Part shown: piece after piece, positions 50,799 to 60,650 of the stretch
How the letters are laid out: each line of letters begins with the position of its first letter
Numbering within the stretch: position 1 is the stretch's first letter
Source of the DNA: Candidatus Parcubacteria bacterium
Lineage (GTDB): Bacteria; Patescibacteriota; Minisyncoccia; UBA6257; HR35
Assembly: GCA_026004495.1 (NCBI GenBank)
Contig: BPJG01000001.1
Location: forward strand, 560,527-624,526
Length of the DNA: 64,000 bases
Reading direction: 5' to 3'
Program-made: the position numbers and the translations under genes
The notes under the pieces: model-generated
The model's input: only the letters and a program-made list of their open reading frames with translations
The model's database searches: none
Told to the model about the DNA's origin: nothing

Positions 50799-51803
50799 AT
50801 GAAAGAACAATTAGATAATATTTTAAAAGAAGCTCAAGATTCATATTATCATATAAAAAATTTAAAAGATTTAGAAAATTTTAGAATAAAGTTTTTAGGT
50901 AGGAATGGTTTATTGGCTTCATTATCATCTAAATTTAAAGATTTTCCCTTAGAAGTTAGAAAAGAGATTGGTCAATATTTTAATTTTGTTAAAGAAGAAA
51001 TTAATAATTTATATTTATCTAAAAAAGAATTTTTAATTACTCAGAAAAAAATATTTTTCGATTTATCTCATCCAGGTGAAAAAATAGAAAAAGGTAGAAT
51101 TCATTTAATCAGTAAAGAAATTTTAAAGATAAAAAAAATATTTTCTAATTTAGGTTTTAATATCGAGGAGGGCAGAGAATTAGTGAGCGAAAAAGAAAAC
51201 TTTGATTTATTAAATATTCCCCCTAATCATCCTTCAAGAGATTTATGGGATACTTTTTGGATAAATAAAAAGGAATATTTATTAAGAACACACACATCTG
51301 CCCATCAAGTAGAATATTTATTAAAATATAAACCACCAGTAAAATTTATAGTTATAGGTAAGGTTTATCGCCATGAAGCAACAGATCAAAGACATGAGAT
51401 GCAATTTCATCAAATTGAGGGAGTTTCAGTAGGATTGCAGAGTAATCTTTCTGAATTAAAATCAGTTTTTCAGATATTTTTTGAAAATTATTTTAATAAA
51501 AAAATCGAAATAGTTTTTAGAAATTCGTATTTTCCTTTTACTGAACCTAGTTTAGAAGTTGATATCTCTTGTGTAATTTGTAAAGGAAAGGGATGTTCTC
51601 TATGCAAAAAATCTGGCTATTTAGAAATTGCTGGTGCTGGAATGATACATCCTTATGTTTTACAACAAGCAAAAATAAATATTAATAAATATTACGGTTA
51701 TGCTTTCGGTATAGGTTTAGAGAGAATTATAATGTTAAAATTTAACATCCCCGATGTTCGATTATTCCACTCTATGGATTTAAGATTCATTAACCAATTT
51801 TAA
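50799..51803 (+). CDS. pheS: Phenylalanine--tRNA ligase alpha subunit
   Basis: HPSRD, LRTHTS, FHQIEG, FPFTEP and AFGIGLER. Confidence 0.98.
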   Translation: MKEQLDNILKEAQDSYYHIKNLKDLENFRIKFLGRNGLLASLSSKFKDFPLEVRKEIGQYFNFVKEEINNLYLSKKEFLITQKKIFFDLSHPGEKIEKGRIHLISKEILKIKKIFSNLGFNIEEGRELVSEKENFDLLNIPPNHPSRDLWDTFWINKKEYLLRTHTSAHQVEYLLKYKPPVKFIVIGKVYRHEATDQRHEMQFHQIEGVSVGLQSNLSELKSVFQIFFENYFNKKIEIVFRNSYFPFTEPSLEVDISCVICKGKGCSLCKKSGYLEIAGAGMIHPYVLQQAKININKYYGYAFGIGLERIIMLKFNIPDVRLFHSMDLRFINQF

Positions 51804-51813
51804 AAATTAAATA

Positions 51814-53823
51814 ATGAGATTTAGAATTAAAGACTTAAAAGAGTTTTTAGATTCTTCTAAAATTAACTGGCTAAAAATTGTTGAGACTTTAAATAAAAAA
51901 TCTTTTGAAAGTTATTTAAAAAAGGAATATTTAGAAGTAGAAATTTTGCCCAATAGATTTTCAGATAGTGGTAATATTAGAGGATTGGCTAAAGAAATTA
52001 GTTTGGTAAGTGATATTAGATTTAAAGATTTAAAATTTAAACTTCATAAGGTTAAAAATCAATCTAAAGAAAAATTAAAGTTAGAAATTAAAACAAAAGA
52101 ATTAGAATATTATTCTGGAAGATTAATTTTAGATATTGAAAATAAGCCATCTCCAAAATGGCTTAAAGATTTTCTTAATTTTTATAAAATTAACTCCATT
52201 AATTTTTTAGTTGATCTAAGCAATTATGTAATGATTAAAATTGGAGCACCTCTTCATATTTTTGATTTTGATAAAATTAATGATAAAAAAATAATAGTAC
52301 GTGATGCTAAGGAGGGGGAATCTTTTGTATCTTTAAAAAATAATAAATTTGTTCTTAGTCAAGACGATATAGTTATTAGTGATAATCAAAGAATTTTAGC
52401 ATTAGCAGGAATTCAAGGAGGTAAATATGCTGAAGTAGATTTAAAAACTAAAAATATATTCGTTGAATCAGCTGTTTTTAATAATTTTAATATTTATAGA
52501 ACTTCAAGGAAATTAAATTTAATAACTGATTCAAGCTATCGTTTTGAAAGAAGAGTAAGCATTAAAAATTCTCAATTAGCTTTAGATTATTTTTGTTATT
52601 TAGTTGAAAAAGAATTAAAAGGAAAAGTAATATTTGATGAATATATTTACCAACAAGAAAAAAAGAAGCCTGAATTTATTAATTTAAGATTAAATAATTT
52701 ATTTAATTATACTTCCTTAAATGTAAATCATAAAGATGTTTTGAGTATTTTAAAAAAATTAAATTGTAGAATTATCAAAGATAATAAAACAAGCCTAGTT
52801 ATTCAACCTCCTAATGATAGATTAGATTTAGCTTTAGAAGTAGATTTAATTGAAGAAATAATAAGACTTATTGGCTATGATTCAATAAATCCAACTTACC
52901 CACTTCAATTTAATTATCCTAAAGAAGATTTTTATTTGCTTTTCTATGATTATTTAAGAAATCTTTTGGCTCAACTTAATTTTACTGAAATTTTATCTTA
53001 TAGTTTTATAGATGATAATGATATAGTCAATTTTAAAAATTTATTTAAATTTAAACCAATAGAAATTGTTAATCCCAATAGTAATATTTATAAATTTTAT
53101 CGACCATTTATTTTTATTAATTTACTTAAAGGGGTGGCAAAAAATTTATCTTTTTATAACTGGTTAGAAAATAAAGAATTTAAATTTTTTGAGATAGGTA
53201 AAATTGCTTTTTATGAAAAAAATGAAATAAATGAACTTTCTAGTTTAGCTTTGGTTATTAGTTTAGATAATATAGAAAAAAATTATTTAAAAATTAAAGG
53301 ATTATTAAAGACACTTTTTGAAGATTTAGGAATAGAAAATTATCAATTTAATGTTTTAGAGCATAAAAATTATGAATTTGAATTTATTAGTGAAATTTTA
53401 ATAGATAACAAAAAGACTGGATACCTTTTAATGCCTACATATAATTTATTAAAAAAATATAATATAGAGCAGAGTGTAGTTATAGCTGAACTTAATCTTA
53501 ATTTTTTAATCAATAATTTCTTTAAAGAAAAAAGATTTAAGACTATATTTCAATTTCCAGCTATTTTTAGAGATGTTTCTTTAGTAGTACCCATATATTT
53601 TCGAACTAATGAATTAGAAAAAGAAATTCGTAATATATGTAGAGATATTTTAGAGAGATTAGAAATTATAGACATTTATTATATTAATGATCAGGAAAAA
53701 AGTATTACTTTTCATCTAGTTTTTAGAAATAAAAAGAAAACTTTAAGAGATGAAGAAATTAATGAATTAATGGATAATTTGATTAAATTTTTTAAAGATA
53801 AATTTAATATTAAATTAAGATAA
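51814..53823 (+). CDS. pheT: Phenylalanine--tRNA ligase beta subunit (short, apparently lacking the B2 OB domain)
   Basis: EILPNR, PLHIFD, SSYRFER, RLDL..EVDLIEEI and FPAIFRD; 669 aa. Confidence 0.95.
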   Translation: MRFRIKDLKEFLDSSKINWLKIVETLNKKSFESYLKKEYLEVEILPNRFSDSGNIRGLAKEISLVSDIRFKDLKFKLHKVKNQSKEKLKLEIKTKELEYYSGRLILDIENKPSPKWLKDFLNFYKINSINFLVDLSNYVMIKIGAPLHIFDFDKINDKKIIVRDAKEGESFVSLKNNKFVLSQDDIVISDNQRILALAGIQGGKYAEVDLKTKNIFVESAVFNNFNIYRTSRKLNLITDSSYRFERRVSIKNSQLALDYFCYLVEKELKGKVIFDEYIYQQEKKKPEFINLRLNNLFNYTSLNVNHKDVLSILKKLNCRIIKDNKTSLVIQPPNDRLDLALEVDLIEEIIRLIGYDSINPTYPLQFNYPKEDFYLLFYDYLRNLLAQLNFTEILSYSFIDDNDIVNFKNLFKFKPIEIVNPNSNIYKFYRPFIFINLLKGVAKNLSFYNWLENKEFKFFEIGKIAFYEKNEINELSSLALVISLDNIEKNYLKIKGLLKTLFEDLGIENYQFNVLEHKNYEFEFISEILIDNKKTGYLLMPTYNLLKKYNIEQSVVIAELNLNFLINNFFKEKRFKTIFQFPAIFRDVSLVVPIYFRTNELEKEIRNICRDILERLEIIDIYYINDQEKSITFHLVFRNKKKTLRDEEINELMDNLIKFFKDKFNIKLR

Positions 53824-53901
53824 TAAAGTATTGAAATTAATTGATATTAATTTATAATATTAAAAAATACAACAATTAATATTTAAAAATTTTTTTTAAA
53901 A

Positions 53902-54096
53902 ATGACCTGTTATTTTTGTTCCCAAAATGCTAAAGAAATAAACTATCGAGATGTTGATATTCTAAAAAAATTTTTGAGTGCAGGAATGAAAATTAAACCC
54001 AGAAAAAAAACTGGAGTTTGTTCGAAACATCAAAGAAAATTAGCTAAAGCTATAAAGAGAGCAAGGCAAATGGCCCTTCTACCTTATCTTCCTTGA
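53902..54096 (+). CDS. rpsR: 30S ribosomal protein S18
   Basis: CYFC, INYRD and TGVCSKHQRKLAKAIKRAR..LLPY. Confidence 0.98.
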   Translation: MTCYFCSQNAKEINYRDVDILKKFLSAGMKIKPRKKTGVCSKHQRKLAKAIKRARQMALLPYLP

Positions 54097-54114
54097 AGTA
54101 TATAATATCTTGAA

Positions 54115-55608
54115 ATGTTCAAATTAAATGATTTTTATAAAAACAAAATCGAATTTAATTTAAAACCTATTAGTAAAGTAAATAAAAACAACAATTGTAT
54201 TTTAATAATTCATGATAAAGATATATTTAAAACTGATGCTTATAATTTTTTGAATAATGAAACCAAAGATTTAATAAAAAAAACTTATAAATTTTTTAGC
54301 AATATTGATTTTTATTACGGTATCTATCCTAAACAAAATATTTGTTCAATTAAAGCTCAATTTAATGAATTTAAAAATATAAAAGAGATTGCCATTTTCG
54401 TTAGAAAAATTTTTAAATTTTTAAAAGAAAATAAAATTAATAATATTTCGATTTATTTAACTGATATTCCTAATTTTAAGAATTATTTTGAAATAATTAT
54501 TATTAATATTATTTTAAGTAACTTTGATTTTTCTTTATTTTACAAATCCAAGAAAAATAATTTTTTAAATTTTCAAATAGATTTTTTTGCTCCTCAAAAA
54601 GATTTAAATGATTTAAAAAAAATATTAAAAAATTCAATAATAATTGCTGAAGAAATAAATCGAGCAAGATTTTTATCCAATTTATCAGGTGGAGATTTAA
54701 CTCCATCAATAATTATTGATATTATTAAAGAGATTAATAAAGAACTTAATCTTAAATTAAAAATTTTAGGCGAAAGAGAATTAAAAAAAATAGGAGCTGG
54801 AGGAATTTTAGGTGTTTCTCGTGGCTCTAATGAAAAACCTTATTTAGTTATTTTAGAAAATTTTAATAAGGGAAAGGAAATTCATTTTATAGGTAAGGGA
54901 ATAACTTTTGATACTGGTGGGCTTCATATTAAGCCAGCTGAAGCTATGAATGAAATGCATTTAGATATGTCGGGAGCAGCATCTGTTTTATCTGCTACAT
55001 CTATAATTAGTAAATTGAATATAAAAATAAATTTAAAAACTTTAATTCCTTTAGCTGAAAATATGATTTCTGGATCTAGTTATAGACCTGGTGATATTTT
55101 AAAAACTATATCTGGCAAAACAATTGAAATTGGTTCGCCCGATGCCGAAGGTAGAATAATCTTAGCTGATGCCATAGATTATGGTAAAAAATTTTATAAA
55201 CCAAATTTAATAATCACCTTAGCTACCTTAACAGGAGCTTCGATGGTTGCTTTAGGTAATAAAGCAGCGGCATTATTCTCTAATAACGAAAAATTACAAA
55301 ATTTATTTATGGATTTAAATAAAAAAACTTGGGATACATTATGGCCATTACCATTATGGGAAGAATATTTAAAAGATATCGAAGCACCATTTGCTGATAT
55401 TTGGAACATAGGAAAATCTAAATGGGGTGGAGCAATACACGGAGCAATATTTTTATGGGAATTTGCTAAGCCCATTGATCTAGTTCATATTGATATGGCA
55501 CCTCGAATTACTGCCAATGAAAGTGATTATCTATCTAAGGGTTCATTAGGCTTTGGAGTTCATTTGCTAAAAGAATTTGCTCAATTTTTAGAAATCAATA
55601 AAATTTAA
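54115..55608 (+). CDS. pepA: Leucyl aminopeptidase (M17)
   Basis: GKGITFDTGG, DMSGA, ENM, DAEGR, ATLTGA and HIDMA. Confidence 0.93.
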   Translation: MFKLNDFYKNKIEFNLKPISKVNKNNNCILIIHDKDIFKTDAYNFLNNETKDLIKKTYKFFSNIDFYYGIYPKQNICSIKAQFNEFKNIKEIAIFVRKIFKFLKENKINNISIYLTDIPNFKNYFEIIIINIILSNFDFSLFYKSKKNNFLNFQIDFFAPQKDLNDLKKILKNSIIIAEEINRARFLSNLSGGDLTPSIIIDIIKEINKELNLKLKILGERELKKIGAGGILGVSRGSNEKPYLVILENFNKGKEIHFIGKGITFDTGGLHIKPAEAMNEMHLDMSGAASVLSATSIISKLNIKINLKTLIPLAENMISGSSYRPGDILKTISGKTIEIGSPDAEGRIILADAIDYGKKFYKPNLIITLATLTGASMVALGNKAAALFSNNEKLQNLFMDLNKKTWDTLWPLPLWEEYLKDIEAPFADIWNIGKSKWGGAIHGAIFLWEFAKPIDLVHIDMAPRITANESDYLSKGSLGFGVHLLKEFAQFLEINKI

Positions 55609-56537
55609 TGTTAATTTTAGAAAGGGTATCTCTTAAAAAATTTACTACATTCAAAATTGGTGGAGAAGCTAAATTTTTTACAATCGTTAATAATTTAAAA
55701 GAATTAGAACAAATAATAAATTTCTTAGAGAATAATAAAATTAAATTTTTTATTTTAGGTGGAGGAAGTAATATATTATTTAGCGATAAAGGATTTGATG
55801 GTTTGATTATAAAACCTAAATTTGAAACATTTAATTTTTTAGAAAATGGTGAAGTAATTATCGGTTCAAGTAGATTAATGCCTGAAATTGTTTATGAAGC
55901 TTGTCGCTTAGGTTATCAAGGGTTAGAATGGGCAGGAGGATTACCTGGTGAATTAGGTGGGGCAATAAGAGGAAATGCTGGTTGTTTTGGTTCCGAAATT
56001 AAGGATATAATTAAAGAAGTATTATCGGTTAATTTATTGAATAAAGAAATAAGAATATTTAAAAAAGAAGAGTGTCAATTTTCTTATCGCTCTTCTTTTT
56101 TTAAATTTAACAAAGAATGGTTAATCATTGAAGCTAAAATAAATCTAAAAACTAATAATGAATCAAATATTTTATTAAAAATTATGAATGAAAAAATAGA
56201 ATATAGGAAAAATAGACATCCAGTTGAATTTCCTAATGCAGGAAGTATTTTTAAAAATATTCCAATTGATTCAGCATCTCCTGATTTAATAGAAATTGCA
56301 AAGAAGAAAAATGTTATTAAAGGAGATAAAATACCTACTGCCTTTATAATAGAATATTTGGGATTAAAAGGAAAAGAAATTGGTGGAGCAAAAATCTCTG
56401 AAAAGCATGCAAACTATATTATTAATTTTAACAATGCATCATCACAAGATGTTTTAGATTTAATTGATTTAGTAAAAGATGAAGTTCAAAAAAAATTTAA
56501 TCTAAAATTAATCGAAGAAATTGAAATTGTAAATTAA
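55608..56537 (+). CDS. murB: UDP-N-acetylenolpyruvoylglucosamine reductase
   Basis: TFKIGG, GGGSN, GNAG, FSYR, AGSIFKN and KHAN. Confidence 0.97.
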   Translation: MLILERVSLKKFTTFKIGGEAKFFTIVNNLKELEQIINFLENNKIKFFILGGGSNILFSDKGFDGLIIKPKFETFNFLENGEVIIGSSRLMPEIVYEACRLGYQGLEWAGGLPGELGGAIRGNAGCFGSEIKDIIKEVLSVNLLNKEIRIFKKEECQFSYRSSFFKFNKEWLIIEAKINLKTNNESNILLKIMNEKIEYRKNRHPVEFPNAGSIFKNIPIDSASPDLIEIAKKKNVIKGDKIPTAFIIEYLGLKGKEIGGAKISEKHANYIINFNNASSQDVLDLIDLVKDEVQKKFNLKLIEEIEIVN

Positions 56538-56546
56538 TTATCCACA
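56538..56546 (+). promoter_or_regulatory. DnaA box
   Basis: Perfect TTATCCACA immediately after the murB stop codon. Confidence 0.55.
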
Positions 56547-56699
56547 TTTTTTACTTAATATAAAAAAAATTTTATATAATAATTTTTATATAATTTAAAA
56601 TGAAAAATAAAAAATATTAAAAAAATTTTTTGAATAATAAATCGGATTGGTCGGTCCGATTTAAAAAATTAATGGCTAGAAAAAAACGGATTTAAATAA

Positions 56700-56768
56700 A
56701 TGGCTACAAAGAAATCATCTAAATCATCTAAGTCAGCTAAACCAGCTAAATCAAAGAAAAAAAGATAA
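56700..56768 (+). CDS. 22-aa Lys/Ser/Ala-rich basic micro-protein
   Basis: MATKKSSKSSKSAKPAKSKKKR, preceded by a GC-containing hairpin (56638-56663) and followed by a strong terminator. Confidence 0.55.
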   Translation: MATKKSSKSSKSAKPAKSKKKR

Positions 56769-56799
56769 AATAGTTTTAGTTATATAAAGATAAAAAATT

Positions 56800-56840
56800 A
56801 AACAAACTCCTAGGTTTAATCCTAGGAGTTTGTTTTTTTT
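56800..56840 (+). terminator. Rho-independent terminator
   Basis: AAACAAACTCCTAGG-TTTAAT-CCTAGGAGTTTGTTT followed by a T run. Confidence 0.88.
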
Positions 56841-57002
56841 ATTTGTTTTTAATTTTAATATAACCTTAAATTTTTTTATATTTTAAAAAAATTATTTATC
56901 ATAAAAATTTGTTAATAATTAGTGGATAAATATCTAAAAATATATTATTTAACTATATTTTTTGATATTAGTTTTTATTTTTAATTTTTGTTTTTAATTT
57001 TA

Positions 57003-57072
57003 GTGGTATAAAATGGTAAATAATTAATATTAAGTGGTAAATTGTGGATAATTATGTGGAAAAAGTGGATAA
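57003..57072 (+). promoter_or_regulatory. MraZ-binding GTGG repeats overlapping DnaA-box-like sites
   Basis: GTGG at 57003, 57034, 57044, 57056 and 57065 (ATGG at 57013), in roughly 10-bp phase. TGTGGATAA at 57043 and TGTGGAAAA at 57055 match TTWTNCACA on the minus strand. Confidence 0.75.
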
Positions 57073-57504
57073 ATGTTATTAGGTGAATTTAAACACAATT
57101 TAGATAATAAAGGCAGAATATCAATTCCAGCTAAATTTAGGAATAAATTTTCGGAAGGAATAGTAATAACTAGAGGAATTGATAATTGTTTATTTGGTTT
57201 CACTAAAGAAGAGTGGGATAAAGTGGCAAATAAATTAATAAATCTTCCTATAAGTCAATCAACTGCAAGAGCTTTTTCAAGACTTATTCTTTCTGGAGCA
57301 TTTGAAACCGAAATAGATTCTCAAGGAAGAATATTAATTCCAGAAACCTTAAGAAAATATGCCAATTTGGTTAAAAAAGTAGTAATCGTAGGTATTTATT
57401 CAAGAATTGAATTTTGGAATGAAAGTAATTGGGAAAATTATAAAAAACAATCAGAAGAAAATTCCCAAGAAATTGCCGAAAGATTATCAGATTTAGGAAT
57501 ATGA
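57073..57504 (+). CDS. mraZ: Division/cell wall cluster regulator MraZ
   Basis: DNKGRISIP and DSQGRILIP repeats; 143 aa. Confidence 0.98.
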   Translation: MLLGEFKHNLDNKGRISIPAKFRNKFSEGIVITRGIDNCLFGFTKEEWDKVANKLINLPISQSTARAFSRLILSGAFETEIDSQGRILIPETLRKYANLVKKVVIVGIYSRIEFWNESNWENYKKQSEENSQEIAERLSDLGI

Positions 57505-58379
57505 TTCATAAGCCAGTTCTCTTAAAAGAAGTTATTTATTATCTTAAACCATTAAAAAACGAAAATTTTATTGATGCCACTTTTGGTTTCGGCGGACATT
57601 CATTTGAACTAATAAAATATATAAAACCAAAAGGAAAAATTTTAGCTTTAGAATGGGATCCCTACTTGGTCGAAATTATTAAATCTAAAATTATGAAAGA
57701 GAAAAATATTACTCTTAAAAATAAAAACTTTAAATATATAAAAAAAGTCGTTAAAGAAGAAAAAATTACAAATATTAAAGGCGTTATTTTTGATTTAGGA
57801 ATTTCAAATTGGCACTATAAAAATTCTAGTCGTGGTTTTTCCTTTGAAGACAATAATAGTTTAGATATGAGAATTAATCCTTATGAAATAAAATTAACGG
57901 CCTTTGAAGTAATTAATTATTTTTCTCAAAATAAATTGGTTGAAATTTTTTCAAAATATGGAGAAGAAAAAAGAGCAAATATTATAGCCGAGGAAATTGT
58001 TAAAAAAAGAAAAGAGAAAAAAATAAAATCAGCTTACGAATTATCTAAAATTATTTCTAATTTAAGAATTAAGAAAAGGTCAAAACTCAATCCAGCTACT
58101 AAAATTTTTATGTCTCTAAGAATGTTTATCAATCAGGAATTAGAGAATTTAGAAATAGGATTAAATGAAGCATATGAAGTGATTGTAAAAGGAGGAAGAA
58201 TTGCTATTATTACTTTTAATGGCTTGGAAGATAGGGTAGTTAAAAAAGTTTTTAAAAGTTTAAAAACAAAAGGAGCAATTATGATTACTAAAAATGTTGT
58301 TAAACCAAAATTTAAGGAAATAAAAGAAAATTCCTCTGCTCGTTCGGCGAAATTAAGAGTAATTGAAAAAAATGAATAA
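57501..58379 (+). CDS. rsmH: 16S rRNA m4C1402 methyltransferase
   Basis: HKPVLL, DATFGFGGHS, DLGIS, LDMR and ARSAKLR. Confidence 0.98.
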   Translation: MIHKPVLLKEVIYYLKPLKNENFIDATFGFGGHSFELIKYIKPKGKILALEWDPYLVEIIKSKIMKEKNITLKNKNFKYIKKVVKEEKITNIKGVIFDLGISNWHYKNSSRGFSFEDNNSLDMRINPYEIKLTAFEVINYFSQNKLVEIFSKYGEEKRANIIAEEIVKKRKEKKIKSAYELSKIISNLRIKKRSKLNPATKIFMSLRMFINQELENLEIGLNEAYEVIVKGGRIAIITFNGLEDRVVKKVFKSLKTKGAIMITKNVVKPKFKEIKENSSARSAKLRVIEKNE

Positions 58380-58710
58380 AAGAAAAATTAAAGATATTAA
58401 ATTCAAAAAATATAAAAAAAGAAATCCGTTTTTTCACTGGCCATTAATTTTATTACTGTTTGTTGTTATAGAAGTTATGTTGCTTATTCAAGAAAGAGCC
58501 TGGTCTCAAAATTATGTTGAAATTATAGATAATTTACGAGACCAGGCTGAAATTCTTTCTTTAGAAAATCAAAAAATGTTCAATAATTTGTTCAATTTTT
58601 ATAATCTGGTATTATCTATGGATAATAATGAAAGTTATCCATATTTAGTTAAAGCCAAAAGAGAATTTTTTAATGCATTTAATAAATTTTCTTTTATAAA
58701 AAATCATTAG
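58372..58710 (+). CDS. FtsL-like cell division protein
   Basis: Basic N-tail, single TM and coiled coil, in the canonical position between rsmH and the PBP gene. Confidence 0.55.
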   Translation: MNKRKIKDIKFKKYKKRNPFFHWPLILLLFVVIEVMLLIQERAWSQNYVEIIDNLRDQAEILSLENQKMFNNLFNFYNLVLSMDNNESYPYLVKAKREFFNAFNKFSFIKNH

Positions 58711-58717
58711 CTTGATA

Positions 58718-60382
58718 ATGAAAGGCAATAAAAATATTGGCTTTACTATTTTAGTTTACTTCAATTTATTTATCTGGTTAATACCAATTTATTATCTAGT
58801 AAAATTACAATTAGTTAAAGCTGAAGATTACAAAAATAAAATTTCTAGTTTTGAAAAAAATAAAATTATAGTTGCACCTCGAGGTAAAATTTATGTTAAA
58901 GATAAAAATAATAATCTATATTTAATTGCTGATAATAAAAAATTGTATGACATTTATTTTAATCCTAAATTAAGTAAAAACATAGAAAAAGAACTTACTA
59001 TTATATCTAATATAATAGGAGAAGATATAAATAAACAAGAAATCAAAGGTAATTCATCTTTTATTATTGTGAAAAATACTGAAAAAAATATCTTAGATAA
59101 AATTTTAGCCTTAAGATTAGATTCAGTTTTTTATGAAGAAAAATATATTAGATTCTATCCTGAAAATGATTTTTTGAGCACTATATTAGGTTTTGCTAAA
59201 TTAAATGAAGATAATTTTCTAGTTGGAGAATATGGTTTGGAAAAATATTATAATGATATTTTGAAGGGAGAAAATGGTATATATTATGGAATAAAAAAAA
59301 TTCAACCCGAAATACCGGGCAATGATTTAATTTTAAATATCGATTATTTTATACAAAAATACAGCGAGAAGATTTTAGCAGAAGGAATAAAAAAATATAA
59401 AGCTGAAGGAGGGCTTATTATTGTTACTACTAATGATGGTAAAATTATAGCCTTAGCTGAAGAACCAAGATATGATTTAAATAATTTTAACAAAGTTGAT
59501 GATATAAAAATTTTTTTAAGTAAAGCTGGGCAAAATTACGAACCTGGTTCAGTAATGAAAACTTTCACTTATTTTATTGGCTTAGATAAAAAAGTATTTA
59601 CTCCTAAAGATGAATATAATGATTTAGGTTATTTAAATGCTAATAATTGGACGATTTATAATTTTGATAAGAAAGGAAGAGGAAAAGTTAGTTTTGAATA
59701 TGCCTTTGAAAAATCTTTGAATACTGGTTCTGCTCATATTCAAAGATTAATAGGTAATTATAATTTTTTATCTTATCTTAAAAGATTTAAATTTGATAAA
59801 AAACCATTCGTCGATTTTCCCCATATTTATGAAGGCAATATTAAAAATTTAGAAAAATCATCTAAAGATTTAAGAGATATTAATTTTTTAACAGCAAGCT
59901 ATGGTCATGGTATAAGTTTATCTCCCTTTCATTTAATTCAAGCTTTTTCATTGATTGTTAATGATGGTAAAATGTATAATCTAAGATTTTTAGATAAAAT
60001 TAATTATTTTGGTATTAAAGAAAAAATTATCAAAGCAAAAATTTTAGATAATTTTGGAGATTCAAATTCCTTTAAAAATATTAAAGATTTACTTGAAAAG
60101 GTAACCCTAAATGGAAGTGGCAAATATGCCTTAACAGAAGGTTATAGAGTCGGAGGTAAAACGGGTTCTGCTTTTATCCCTAAAATTAATGAACCAGGTT
60201 ATAGTGATGATATAATTAATACTTATTTAGCCACATTTCCTTTATCTAATCCTCAATTTATAATTTTAGTAAGAATAGATAAACCTTATCAAGGCTTAGC
60301 AATGGTTACAACTGTTCCTTTAGCTAAAAAAATTATCGATTATTTAATTGATTATTATCAAATTCAACCTGATAATTTATAA
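58718..60382 (+). CDS. ftsI: Class B penicillin-binding protein (FtsI/PBP2 family)
   Basis: PRGKI, RFYP, GLE, EPGSVMK (SxxK), SLN and KTG. Confidence 0.9.
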   Translation: MKGNKNIGFTILVYFNLFIWLIPIYYLVKLQLVKAEDYKNKISSFEKNKIIVAPRGKIYVKDKNNNLYLIADNKKLYDIYFNPKLSKNIEKELTIISNIIGEDINKQEIKGNSSFIIVKNTEKNILDKILALRLDSVFYEEKYIRFYPENDFLSTILGFAKLNEDNFLVGEYGLEKYYNDILKGENGIYYGIKKIQPEIPGNDLILNIDYFIQKYSEKILAEGIKKYKAEGGLIIVTTNDGKIIALAEEPRYDLNNFNKVDDIKIFLSKAGQNYEPGSVMKTFTYFIGLDKKVFTPKDEYNDLGYLNANNWTIYNFDKKGRGKVSFEYAFEKSLNTGSAHIQRLIGNYNFLSYLKRFKFDKKPFVDFPHIYEGNIKNLEKSSKDLRDINFLTASYGHGISLSPFHLIQAFSLIVNDGKMYNLRFLDKINYFGIKEKIIKAKILDNFGDSNSFKNIKDLLEKVTLNGSGKYALTEGYRVGGKTGSAFIPKINEPGYSDDIINTYLATFPLSNPQFIILVRIDKPYQGLAMVTTVPLAKKIIDYLIDYYQIQPDNL

Positions 60383-60389
60383 TAATTTT

Positions 60390-60608
60390 ATGTTATCGAA
60401 AATTAAAATTATTTATGAAAAATTAGCTGAATGGGGAGTAATTATATTTGTTGGCTTGATATTTATAGCTATTTTATTATATTTTCTAAATTATTTTAAT
60501 AACTTACAGCTTTTATGGATAGTAATATTTGTAGTTCTTGGGTGGTTGATATATATTTATCGCTATCTTGAAGAAGAACATTTTAATAAAAAAGAAAATA
60601 ATAATTGA
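60390..60608 (+). CDS. Small two-TM membrane protein
   Basis: ATG 60390, MLSKIKIIYEKLAEW..., two hydrophobic helices. Confidence 0.6.
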   Translation: MLSKIKIIYEKLAEWGVIIFVGLIFIAILLYFLNYFNNLQLLWIVIFVVLGWLIYIYRYLEEEHFNKKENNN

Positions 60609-60650
60609 CTAGATTATATTTTATTTAGATAGTTAACTTTATTTTATTTA

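Noticed and set aside
56538-57072. Replication origin
   Set aside because: No dnaA/dnaN nearby and no switch in gene orientation. The boxes are explained by mraZ regulation. It cannot be fully excluded without whole-genome skew.
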